The notes under the pieces: generated by a model
Told to the model about the DNA's origin: nothing
The model's input: only the letters and a program-made list of their open reading frames with translations
Databases searched by the model: none
From: Pseudomonadota bacterium
GTDB lineage: Bacteria; Pseudomonadota; Gammaproteobacteria; Burkholderiales; JAKAFK01
Assembly (NCBI GenBank): GCA_021817985.1
Contig: JAKAFK010000004.1
Coordinates: 13,505 to 77,504 of the forward strand
Direction: 5' to 3'
DNA: 64,000 nt
Made by a program: the position numbers and the translations under genes
Shown here: one piece after another, positions 29,841-37,947 of the stretch
Layout of the letters: every line of letters starts with the position of its first letter
Numbering within the stretch: the stretch's first letter is position 1

Positions 29841-31238
29841 ATGCGGTCATTTGATCTTGCCGTGATCGGATCCGGCCCGGGGGGCTATCGGGCCGCCGTG
29901 CTGGGCGCCTTGCACGGGCTTTCGGTGGCCATCGTGGAGAAGGGACAGTGGGGAGGCTGTTGCCTCAATCGCGGCTGCGTGCCCAAGAAGACCTGGCACC
30001 ACAGCGCAAAACTCATGCAAGACGCACGGCATTGGTCCGGCCGCGGCCTCGCGGGCACCCTCTCCGCGGACCTGGAACTGGCCTGGCATCACCAGAAGCA
30101 GGTCGTCCAGACCGTGCGGGACAGCTCTGTGCGCTACTTGCGGCGCCTGGGCATCGCGCTGTGGGAGGGCGAAGCGAGCCTGGTCGGGCCGCACGAGCTC
30201 GCAGTGGGCGGCACACCGGCCATGCGCGCCCGCCACATCCTCATCGCGACCGGCTCCCATCCCCACGTCCCCGCGGTGTTCCGCGGACATCCCGATGTCA
30301 TCCTCACGACCGACGACCTGTTCGACCGTCTGCCACCGCACGGCCCCCGCGTCGCCGTGGTCGGCTCAGGCGCCGTGGGCACGGAATTCGCATTTATCCT
30401 CGCGATGCTGGGCAGGCGGGTGACCTGGCTCGCAGCCGAGCAGCCACTCGGGTCGACCGCTTTCAGCCAGGCCGCGCGCAAGCTGCTTTCAGACGCACTG
30501 GCTCAGGGCGGCATCACGCCCAGGCTCGGCACGCGCATCATGTCGATCGAACGGACGGCAGGCGGGATACTGCTCCAGACGGCCGCCGGGACGCGCGAGG
30601 AAGTCGACTGGGTGCTGCTGGGAACCGGACGGGTGCCCCACACCCGCGGGCTTGCATTGGACCCTTGGGGCGTTGCGCTCGATCCGTCCGGTTTCATTCC
30701 CACGAACGAGGCCTTGCAGACCCGGCTACCGCACGTCTATGCGATCGGCGATGTGGCCAACCCGCGCATGACGGCGAACCACGCCCTGGCGGAAGCCTCC
30801 ATCGCGCTGGCCAACATCCTTCGCCCGGCGGCGCGCAGCAGGGCAAACCACGCCGTGCCGCGCGTCATCCACTCCGCCGTGGAATTGGCCAGCGTCGGCT
30901 TGAGCGAAGACCAGGCGGAAGAGGAGGGCTTCGAAACCGCCGTGGGCTTTGCCGCATTCGCAACCAATCCCCGTGCGCTCGGACAGGACGCCCCGGAGGG
31001 ATTCGTGCGCCTGGTTGCGGACGCGGATTCCGGGAAGCTGCTGGGTGCGGAAGTCGCCGGCAACGAAGCCGGTGAACTCATCCACTGGGTCGCGGGCCAA
31101 CTCGGGCGCGCGGATGCCCTGCAGCAACTGTCGGGCGCCTTCTACAACCATCCGAGCCGCTCCGAGGAGCTGCAAAACGCCGCCGAAACCCTCGCCGCCA
31201 AATGGGGGCTTCACGACGCGATGCGCGGGCCGCACTGA
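29841..31238 (+). CDS. Dihydrolipoamide dehydrogenase-family flavoprotein
   Basis: GSGPGG, GGCCLNRGCVPKK redox disulfide, YAIGD and C-terminal HPSRSE. Confidence 0.85.
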   Translation: MRSFDLAVIGSGPGGYRAAVLGALHGLSVAIVEKGQWGGCCLNRGCVPKKTWHHSAKLMQDARHWSGRGLAGTLSADLELAWHHQKQVVQTVRDSSVRYLRRLGIALWEGEASLVGPHELAVGGTPAMRARHILIATGSHPHVPAVFRGHPDVILTTDDLFDRLPPHGPRVAVVGSGAVGTEFAFILAMLGRRVTWLAAEQPLGSTAFSQAARKLLSDALAQGGITPRLGTRIMSIERTAGGILLQTAAGTREEVDWVLLGTGRVPHTRGLALDPWGVALDPSGFIPTNEALQTRLPHVYAIGDVANPRMTANHALAEASIALANILRPAARSRANHAVPRVIHSAVELASVGLSEDQAEEEGFETAVGFAAFATNPRALGQDAPEGFVRLVADADSGKLLGAEVAGNEAGELIHWVAGQLGRADALQQLSGAFYNHPSRSEELQNAAETLAAKWGLHDAMRGPH

Positions 31239-31320
31239 AGCGCGCACGACACCGCGCCACCCGCGGACGCCCGTCAGGGTCGGCGCGACGCGCGCACGGG
31301 ACCAGCCCGCACGCATGGCG

Positions 31321-31977
31321 TCAAGCCGGAGCGAGTTCCTTCTTGGCCGCCGGCTTCTTCGCAGGCTTGGCCGCCGCGCCCGGTGCAGCCTTGGCCGCCG
31401 GCTTCTTCGCGGTCTTGGCCGCCACGCTCGCCACCGCCTTGGCAGCGGGCTTCTTGGCTACCGCCTTCGGGGCCGCAACCTTCTTGGCCGCGGGGGCAGC
31501 CGCTTTCACCGCCTTCGGGGGCTTGGCACCCTTCTTCGCGGCGGCCTTCGCCTTGGGCGCAACTGCCTTGACGGCCTTCTTGGGCGCGGCCTTCGCTTTG
31601 GGCGCATCCGCCTTGGCGCTCTTCGCTGTCGAGGCCTTGGCGACCGCCTTGACAGCCGTCTTCGCCTTCGTCTCCGCCGTCTTGGTGGCTTTCGCCTTGG
31701 TGGCCGCAGGCTTCACCGCCTTGGCGGCTTCCGCTTTTCCGGCCTTCTTGGCCACAGTCTTCGGCTGCGCGGCCGCTGGCTTGGCGGCCTTCTTCACCGC
31801 CTTGGCCTTGGGCGCGTCCGCTTTCGCCGCTTTCTTCGCCGGGGCTTTGGGAGCGGCCGCAGCCTTCTTCGACGGCGTGGCGATCGAGGCGGCGGCCGTC
31901 ACCTTCTTGGCCGGCGCAGCCTTCTTGGCTACGGCCTCGGTTGCGGTTGTGCTCTTGGTCTTCTTGGTTCCTGCCAT
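31321..31977 (-). CDS. Histone H1-like Lys/Ala-rich nucleoid protein
   Basis: Almost entirely K/A/P/V/T with KKAAPAKK, KKPAAK and AKADAPKAKA repeats; GGAG RBS upstream. Confidence 0.85.
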   Translation of the reverse strand: MAGTKKTKSTTATEAVAKKAAPAKKVTAAASIATPSKKAAAAPKAPAKKAAKADAPKAKAVKKAAKPAAAQPKTVAKKAGKAEAAKAVKPAATKAKATKTAETKAKTAVKAVAKASTAKSAKADAPKAKAAPKKAVKAVAPKAKAAAKKGAKPPKAVKAAAPAAKKVAAPKAVAKKPAAKAVASVAAKTAKKPAAKAAPGAAAKPAKKPAAKKELAPA

Positions 31978-32639
31978 ACCTGGACTCCTTCTCGAACAGT
32001 TAACCCGCTGTCATACTTGGCGGAAAGCGTGCGCACGGACGCACTTCCAAGGCCACGGCAGCACGGAACTCGCCGATGTCGACGCCCCTGAATGCGCGTC
32101 TTTGCTTGGTGCGCCCATTCTATTCCACATTTTCGAGAAAACACAACAAGTTGATGGCAGTTGATGGAATTTTTCGTGACGTTCGTGGCGAATTTTTTTC
32201 GGGATTTCGGTTCCCGTCTCCGAACGATCGTATAACCATCTGTATTGGCGTGATAATTTTGCCGCCCTTCGATTCCTTTTTAGGCGACAGAAAAAATTCG
32301 CCCGAGGTGCACTTTGTGCAGGCGCGTCTCGGCCCAAAAAGGGATGGCCTCGGCGTTTCCACCACATAGCGACACGCGGCGCAACCCTATTCCTCTACTC
32401 TGGGCAAGGCGCGGGACGTGTGGGCATCCGCGACGCCCGATGGATGCGCGCGTCCCGGCGCGGGAGACGAATCCAGAAGTGGCCTTTTTTATGGCTCGCG
32501 AGCCGTTTGGGCAGCCTGTACAATCGGTTCCGCGGACTCACGGCAAAAAAGGATGCGGCCGACCCCTGCGCCGTTGGCCGAGCCGCGCGGTGGCCGCCCA
32601 CGCACAAGCCTCTGGCGCAGGGATTCCAAGCGACACGAG

Positions 32640-33131
32640 ATGAGACTTCGAGCAGATTCAGATGCCGCGGCAATTCGCCGCTTCCCTGCGCACTATCGGC
32701 CATGGCGCGATGCGCTATTTTGGCTGGCGGTGCTGGCAGCGCCCGTGTTCTGGGCGGGACTGGAACTCCTTACCCATCCGACCGTCGATCCCTACTGGCC
32801 GCTGCACGAACCGCGGCGCTTTGCGCTGGTCGCCCTCGCGTATCCGGTTCTGGAAGAAATCGTATTTCGCGGCATGCTGCAGGAGTGGTTGCGCGAGCGC
32901 TGGCCCAACTTCGGTCCAACGGCCGGCATCACCGGCGCGAATCTCCTCACGAGCGCCATCTTCAGCGCCGCGCACGGTCTCGCTCATCCGTTGCCCTGGG
33001 CGCTCGCCACTTTCATGCCTTCGCTGGTGTTCGGGTATTTCAAGGACAAGAGCGGAACGCTCTCGCAGAGCATCGTCCTTCACATCTTCTACAACGCGGG
33101 CTATTTCCTGATTTTTTGGAATCCCCACTGA
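32640..33131 (+). CDS. CAAX/Abi glutamic-type intramembrane protease, JDVT-CTERM-sorting (MrtJ-like)
   Basis: EEIVFRG, FSAAH and HIFYN CPBP motifs; short form with ANLLTS and PSLVFG; a JDVT-CTERM substrate lies 5 kb away. Confidence 0.8.
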   Translation: MRLRADSDAAAIRRFPAHYRPWRDALFWLAVLAAPVFWAGLELLTHPTVDPYWPLHEPRRFALVALAYPVLEEIVFRGMLQEWLRERWPNFGPTAGITGANLLTSAIFSAAHGLAHPLPWALATFMPSLVFGYFKDKSGTLSQSIVLHIFYNAGYFLIFWNPH

Positions 33132-33317
33132 ATGCCGGGTTCCCCGATGCGCCCGTCGGCACACGAACCTCTAAAGGCGCGCGGCGGTGACGCCGAATGC
33201 CCGCAAGCCGTCGCATGGCGCATTAGGGGCGTTCCCTGCCGCCTGCGACGCGCGCATCCGTGGGGTTGTGGGGAACCGCGTTCCAGAACGTCTCAGCCAC
33301 CGGATGGGGGCATAGGC

Positions 33318-35147
33318 CTAAGCCTGCGACGTCGAATACCCAAAATACTCGATATACGGCGCGAGCGTCGTCATGATGGGCTCGAGCGCCTCGCTATAGC
33401 GCCGCCAGCGATATTTCGCGTGCTGGTAGATGGGCTGCGTGACCTGATGATAACTCGCCGTACGGATTACGCGGCGGCTGTTCGCGTGCTCGGCGGGCCG
33501 AAGCACTGCGTCGTCCCATTCCGCGTCCAGAAAGCGCAGCAGTCGCCGGGTTTCGTCTTCTAAATCGTCCACGAGACTCTCATATCGCACGATGTGATAA
33601 TCGATGGGCAGGCTTGACGCGTATTGGATCCACGCCTCCATCGTGCGTGCATACAGGTTTGCCGTGTCCTCCAGCGTATAGAAGTGCGCCGTCGTCACGT
33701 TCGGCGCAAAATGCTGCATGAAACAGCTCAAGCAGACATCGCAGGGATGGCGCACCGCAAGAATGAACTTGGCCTTCGGAAAGACGCGCCAGAGCAAGGG
33801 GGTCAAATAGGTATTTCCGGGATTGCGGTCCACCAGGCGTCGCCCGGCTTGGCGCGTCAAATGCTGAGCGACTGCGCGGCCATACGCGTCCCGGAGCTCT
33901 TGTACGTCGCGCTCGGAAAGGTCGACCAAGGCCCGATCGTCGCCTGGACGCGCCTTGTGCAGAAAGGCTTCCTCTACCGCGTTCGCGGCCGGTTTCTCCT
34001 CCATCGTCTGCAATGTTGGATGGCTATCCAATATCTGATCGAGCAGCGTCGTACCAGAGCGCTGGAAACCCATCAGGAAAATCGGCGCGTCCTTTTCGCC
34101 GCCACGTCCGATTGCCCCTTCCTGTCCGGGAACCGCATAGCGTGAGATCGCCGCGATCTTCTCCAAAAGGATGCCCTTGTCCGCGCCCTCGCCCGAACGC
34201 GACAACAGGCTGCGCCGCTTTCCTTCCTCGAAGTGCCCGAATGCACGCCGGTGCTCGCCAGCGCGGTCATACACCTGCCCGAGGCGCAGGTGCACTTCCG
34301 CCTGGGCTGCATCGTCCAGACGTTGGGCAAGCAAGCTCTCCATCAGCCGGATGGCCTCCTCGGTACGACCATCCTGCCGGGCCAATTTGGCTGCAGTGAG
34401 CGTCAGGGACACCGAGTGCGGATCGACCGCAAGGCCCTTTGCCACAAAAGCCCTTGCCTCTTCGAGCCGGTTCGTCCGCTCGCAAAGCTCCGCCAATGAC
34501 GCAAGCGCTTCGAGACCATCCGGGGCGAACGTCAACGCCCGCAACAATTTGGCGCGAGCCTCGTCTTCACGATTGTCCGCCCAAAGCAACAACCCTTGAT
34601 TGACAAGAAGGTGGGGATCGTCGGGATGAATACAGGCCGCGCGGTTGAGTACTTCAACCGCGCCCGTGAGGTCGCCCAGTCCCGTCAATAGGGCTCCGAG
34701 ATTGCAGAGCGCCTCGAAGAAATCCGGCTGTATGGCCACAGCCTTGCGATAGTGCCGCGCCGCACCGCTCAGATCGGCGCACGCTCGAAGCGCGTTCGCC
34801 AGAAAAAAATGGCCGTTTGCGAAACCCGGCTCCCATTCAACCGCGCGCCGGTAGCACCCGATCGCCTCGGTCAATTTCTTCTGGCATTCCAAGGACGCGC
34901 CTAGCGCGTGATGAGCGGCAGCCCAACGCGGCTCGAGCGTCAAGGCGCGCTTCGCGCAGGACTCGGAATCCGCATGAAGCCCCAGATTCAAGTAGATGTT
35001 GGCCAGCATGAGCCAAGCTTCGGCATCAACCGTGTCGATCCGACACAACTGCTGGCAAAGCTCCCGCGCCTCGGCGAACAGGCCCTTGTCCAGCAGGGTC
35101 TGCGCGCGCCTCTTCTTCGATCGTGTCAAAACGTCAGACTTTGCCAT
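33318..35147 (-). CDS. TPR-repeat sulfotransferase
   Basis: Multiple TPRs, then the PAPS-binding motifs GFQRSGTTLL and RHPCDVCLS, and RTASYHQVTQPIY. Confidence 0.88.
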   Translation of the reverse strand: MAKSDVLTRSKKRRAQTLLDKGLFAEARELCQQLCRIDTVDAEAWLMLANIYLNLGLHADSESCAKRALTLEPRWAAAHHALGASLECQKKLTEAIGCYRRAVEWEPGFANGHFFLANALRACADLSGAARHYRKAVAIQPDFFEALCNLGALLTGLGDLTGAVEVLNRAACIHPDDPHLLVNQGLLLWADNREDEARAKLLRALTFAPDGLEALASLAELCERTNRLEEARAFVAKGLAVDPHSVSLTLTAAKLARQDGRTEEAIRLMESLLAQRLDDAAQAEVHLRLGQVYDRAGEHRRAFGHFEEGKRRSLLSRSGEGADKGILLEKIAAISRYAVPGQEGAIGRGGEKDAPIFLMGFQRSGTTLLDQILDSHPTLQTMEEKPAANAVEEAFLHKARPGDDRALVDLSERDVQELRDAYGRAVAQHLTRQAGRRLVDRNPGNTYLTPLLWRVFPKAKFILAVRHPCDVCLSCFMQHFAPNVTTAHFYTLEDTANLYARTMEAWIQYASSLPIDYHIVRYESLVDDLEDETRRLLRFLDAEWDDAVLRPAEHANSRRVIRTASYHQVTQPIYQHAKYRWRRYSEALEPIMTTLAPYIEYFGYSTSQA

Positions 35148-35285
35148 AGTGACTTTTTTCTCGGCTGTAAGTGGGCACCCCGTTCCACTCTAGACCACTG
35201 TGGTCCGGTTCGCGTTATCGCGCAGAATGCGCGAGCCGTCCCTATGGCGCATAGGGACGTCGCAAACGCCCCATTGTTCGGATCA

Positions 35286-35322
35286 AAAGGGAAGGGAGGG
35301 CTTTCGCCCTCCCTTCCCGCTT
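35286..35322 (-). terminator. Intrinsic terminator after the VPLPA-CTERM gene
   Basis: Minus strand GGGAAGGGAGGGC-GAAA-GCCCTCCCTTCCC-TTTT. Confidence 0.85.
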
Positions 35323-35362
35323 GCTTACACCCTCAGCGTCGCGAGGACGCCATGCACGAGGA

Positions 35363-36037
35363 TCAAGACACCTTCCTGCGCCGCGCCACGCCGACGAGGC
35401 CAATGAGCCCCGAGCCCAGCATCCACACCGGCGACGGCAACGGCGTGGGTGCCACCGACGCCACAGCCGCCACGCCATTCAGGGTCCAGACACCCGTCTG
35501 CCCGTTGAACGGACCGCCGACAACCGTACTCCGCCAGTTCATCGTATAGTTGCAGCTGGTGGCCGTACACGCGCTCACGGTTCCGGTCGCCGAACCGCCC
35601 TGGTTGAAGTTGGTGCCGTTCCAGGACGCGAACCAGCTGCTCATGTCCATGGCGATGGTGCTCGCCCCCGTATCGACCGTCCCGGTGGGCGCGGGTCCGC
35701 CGGTGATGGTACCCGTCGGCGAGGTGACCAGATTTTCCGCGGACTGGGCCGTAAACGTGTAGACTGGCGTGCCGAAATAGTTGAAATTAGTGAGCGTTTT
35801 CGCCGAATTCGGCTCCGCGGACGCCGTTGCCGTGCCGCCCTGGTAGGATCCCATAACGATCGGGTCCCCGCCGCCTGCCGTGATCGCGGGAGCCACCGAG
35901 GGCGAGCCCGTCAAAAAGAAGTTGCCCCCGGTGACCGTCAAACTCGTCACGTTCTCAGTGGCCGCATGCGACGCCATGGACGCCACGCCGAAAATCGCGC
36001 CGAGTGCGACGCTCAACAGCTTATGTTTGCCTTTCAT
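35363..36037 (-). CDS. Secreted VPLPA/PEP-CTERM surface protein
   Basis: Signal peptide ..ASHA; tail PTPLPSPVWMLGSGLIGLVGVARRRK. Confidence 0.88.
   Translation of the reverse strand: MKGKHKLLSVALGAIFGVASMASHAATENVTSLTVTGGNFFLTGSPSVAPAITAGGGDPIVMGSYQGGTATASAEPNSAKTLTNFNYFGTPVYTFTAQSAENLVTSPTGTITGGPAPTGTVDTGASTIAMDMSSWFASWNGTNFNQGGSATGTVSACTATSCNYTMNWRSTVVGGPFNGQTGVWTLNGVAAVASVAPTPLPSPVWMLGSGLIGLVGVARRRKVS
35470..36020 (-). repeat. Copy 1 of a duplicated ~550-bp coding segment (copy 2 at ~39630-40190)
   Basis: Shared peptides YFGTPVYTFTAQSAENLV, WFASWNGTNFNQGG and WRSTVVGGPFNGQTGVW; DNA differs mainly at third codon positions. Confidence 0.9.
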
Positions 36038-36152
36038 AGAAAGTCTTCTCCAGTCAGAAAGAGTCAAGAAACGGTCGATTTCTAGGTTGACGTTTTGCAC
36101 GGTCAGCTTTTATGGCTATCGGTTTGAACGCAAGCTGCCGCACGTAGGGTAA

Positions 36153-36280
36153 AGCAACAGGCATGCCACACCCAACACTTCCAAATAATTATCTATAACA
36201 TCATCTAGTTGCAAAATGACAAAGTGGTAACCTCATAGTGCGTTAGAGACATTGGCCAGACGTTGTAAAATTTACTGACA
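36153..36280 (-). promoter_or_regulatory. Sigma-54 promoter, IHF-like site and 17-bp enhancer
   Basis: TGGCAT-GCCTG-TTGC (36154-36168), CATCATCTAGTTG near 36199, and TGTCAGTAAATTTTACA (36264-36280). Confidence 0.78.
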
Positions 36281-36962
36281 CCGTAAGCCATTCAACGGTG
36301 GTTCATCAGACGCTGTTTGCAGCCCTTCGAGGGGCCTCTCGCACCGCCGCCGCTAAGTGGGCGAGGATCGGAACCTCCCTTGCGCAGCAGTGAATCCTAT
36401 CTATTTCGCCACGCGCATTGCCTTCGGCCGCACGCAGTTGTGGGGCTTGTGCGCCTGCGACACACTCTACGCAGGAAAGGGCACCGACGGTTTTGAGGAG
36501 ATGTCTATAAAGCCTGTAAAACGCACCGACACGCGATGGGCCGTACCCATTTCGTCAAGGCAACAGCCCTAATCTGCCTCGATGAGAAAGCCACCACCAT
36601 CCCCAAGACCGAGAGAGATTGCCACCCCGACGCAAGGCGCGCGACGGCAACACTAACCGTCTAAATATCCGTTTCCAAGCCATGGGTATTGCCGCATTAG
36701 AGAAGCACGACGGATTGCGAATGACGTATGGATTGAAGAATCCTGAGGGGGCCTGGCGGGCTCTACTGGGAGCCCTTTGGGCTAAGCGGTCTTGTGAAAA
36801 AGACCAAGGAGAGAATGGCGAATCTCTCCTGGAGCATGGGAACGCTATCGGCCGAATGTCCCGGATCGGGACCACATCTTCGCCGATGGAGAAGGTGGCG
36901 CGAGAGCAACTGGCGGCGCGCGACGACCTGTGTGCACGCGCCCCCTAGGATTGCTCCTGCGC

Positions 36963-37871
36963 TCAACTCCCCGCGCTTCTCGCAGCAGTGGCGAGGGCAT
37001 CGCGGATCGCGGCCGGCGCACCCATGATATTGACGAAACTGTGACTCCCTACCATCGACAGATCCGGAAAATCGATCGCGATGCGGAAGCGCGCGGCCAG
37101 GGCATAGACCTTTGTGCCGTCCACCAGAAGTTCATACGGCAAATAGGGGGTCGACTTGATCGGTTTGAAGTCGATCTGGCTCATGATGTAGCGGTCATCC
37201 ATGTCGCGGTTGCCGCCAGGACCTGCGTTCATGGCGACGCCGAAAAGTGTCTGCTGCGAACTCGGCATGTTGATCTGATAAACCTGGGTCACGCCCCCCT
37301 TGCCGGCGGCCAGGTTCGCCTCAACCGCTTGAACGGCGGCCTGGTGGCTGGGATAGGTCGCGAGCTTGCTCGGGTCGGTGAAATATTCCATCCCGAACAT
37401 GTAATGGTAGTGGCGCAACTGGCTCGCGGTCATCCCCTTGGCCCCATAGGCACGCTCGTCGCCTAGGGCAGCCTCGAGCTTTGCCGCCACGCCTTTGAGA
37501 TCCTTTTTCATGCGGTAGGCATTCGCCATATAGACCGGATTCGTGTACGACACCTGGATGGAATTGCCCACCTGGGTCAGCGCGATGTGCTGGGCGGCGC
37601 CGAACCCTCCCATGGGAGACAGCCCGGCATCGGTCTTCAGCGCCGAATCGGTCACGCAGATGACCGTCGCCCCCGGATAGGGCGTAAACTGACCGGCAAT
37701 GGTGAATCCTTGCTTCTGCAGCGCCGCCTTGGTCTGGGCCACTTTTGCCGCCATGCTGCCTGGCGTATTGGAGGCCAGGATGAACGGCTTCAAGAGTTGG
37801 TCAGCGTGGGCGGTCGCAGTCATGGCGGCAGCGACACCGATGAAGCAGATTTTTTTCAGCGTTCCTTTCAT
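36963..37871 (-). CDS. Uncharacterised periplasmic protein (possibly tandem DUF302-like)
   Basis: Signal peptide ..TAHA, coding-like composition, RBS GGAGAGG; motifs HYHYMFGMEYF, LPYELLV and RFRIAIDFPDL. Confidence 0.75.
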   Translation of the reverse strand: MKGTLKKICFIGVAAAMTATAHADQLLKPFILASNTPGSMAAKVAQTKAALQKQGFTIAGQFTPYPGATVICVTDSALKTDAGLSPMGGFGAAQHIALTQVGNSIQVSYTNPVYMANAYRMKKDLKGVAAKLEAALGDERAYGAKGMTASQLRHYHYMFGMEYFTDPSKLATYPSHQAAVQAVEANLAAGKGGVTQVYQINMPSSQQTLFGVAMNAGPGGNRDMDDRYIMSQIDFKPIKSTPYLPYELLVDGTKVYALAARFRIAIDFPDLSMVGSHSFVNIMGAPAAIRDALATAARSAGS

Positions 37872-37947
37872 GAACCTCTCCTTACATGGCATGGGTGTAC
37901 AAACACTTGGACGTTCCTCACGGCAGCGTGCACGCCGCGCGCGAGGG

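Noticed and set aside
31321-31977. Short repeated DNA units suggesting a CRISPR or tandem array
   Set aside because: They are degenerate codon repeats of a low-complexity protein, with no constant repeat and unique spacer structure and no cas genes.
31202-32164. 320-aa Ala/Phe/Leu-rich 'membrane protein' on the plus strand
   Set aside because: Mirror translation of the Lys/Ala codons of the histone H1-like gene.
36264-36280. Enhancer read as a NifA site
   Set aside because: Spacing is TGT-N11-ACA rather than N10, and there are no nif genes; the context is PEP-CTERM.
36300-36950. Gene-free stretch with a LICLDEK peptide reminiscent of IS630 transposases
   Set aside because: A single short motif, with no inverted repeats and no further DDE motifs; not supportable without blastx.
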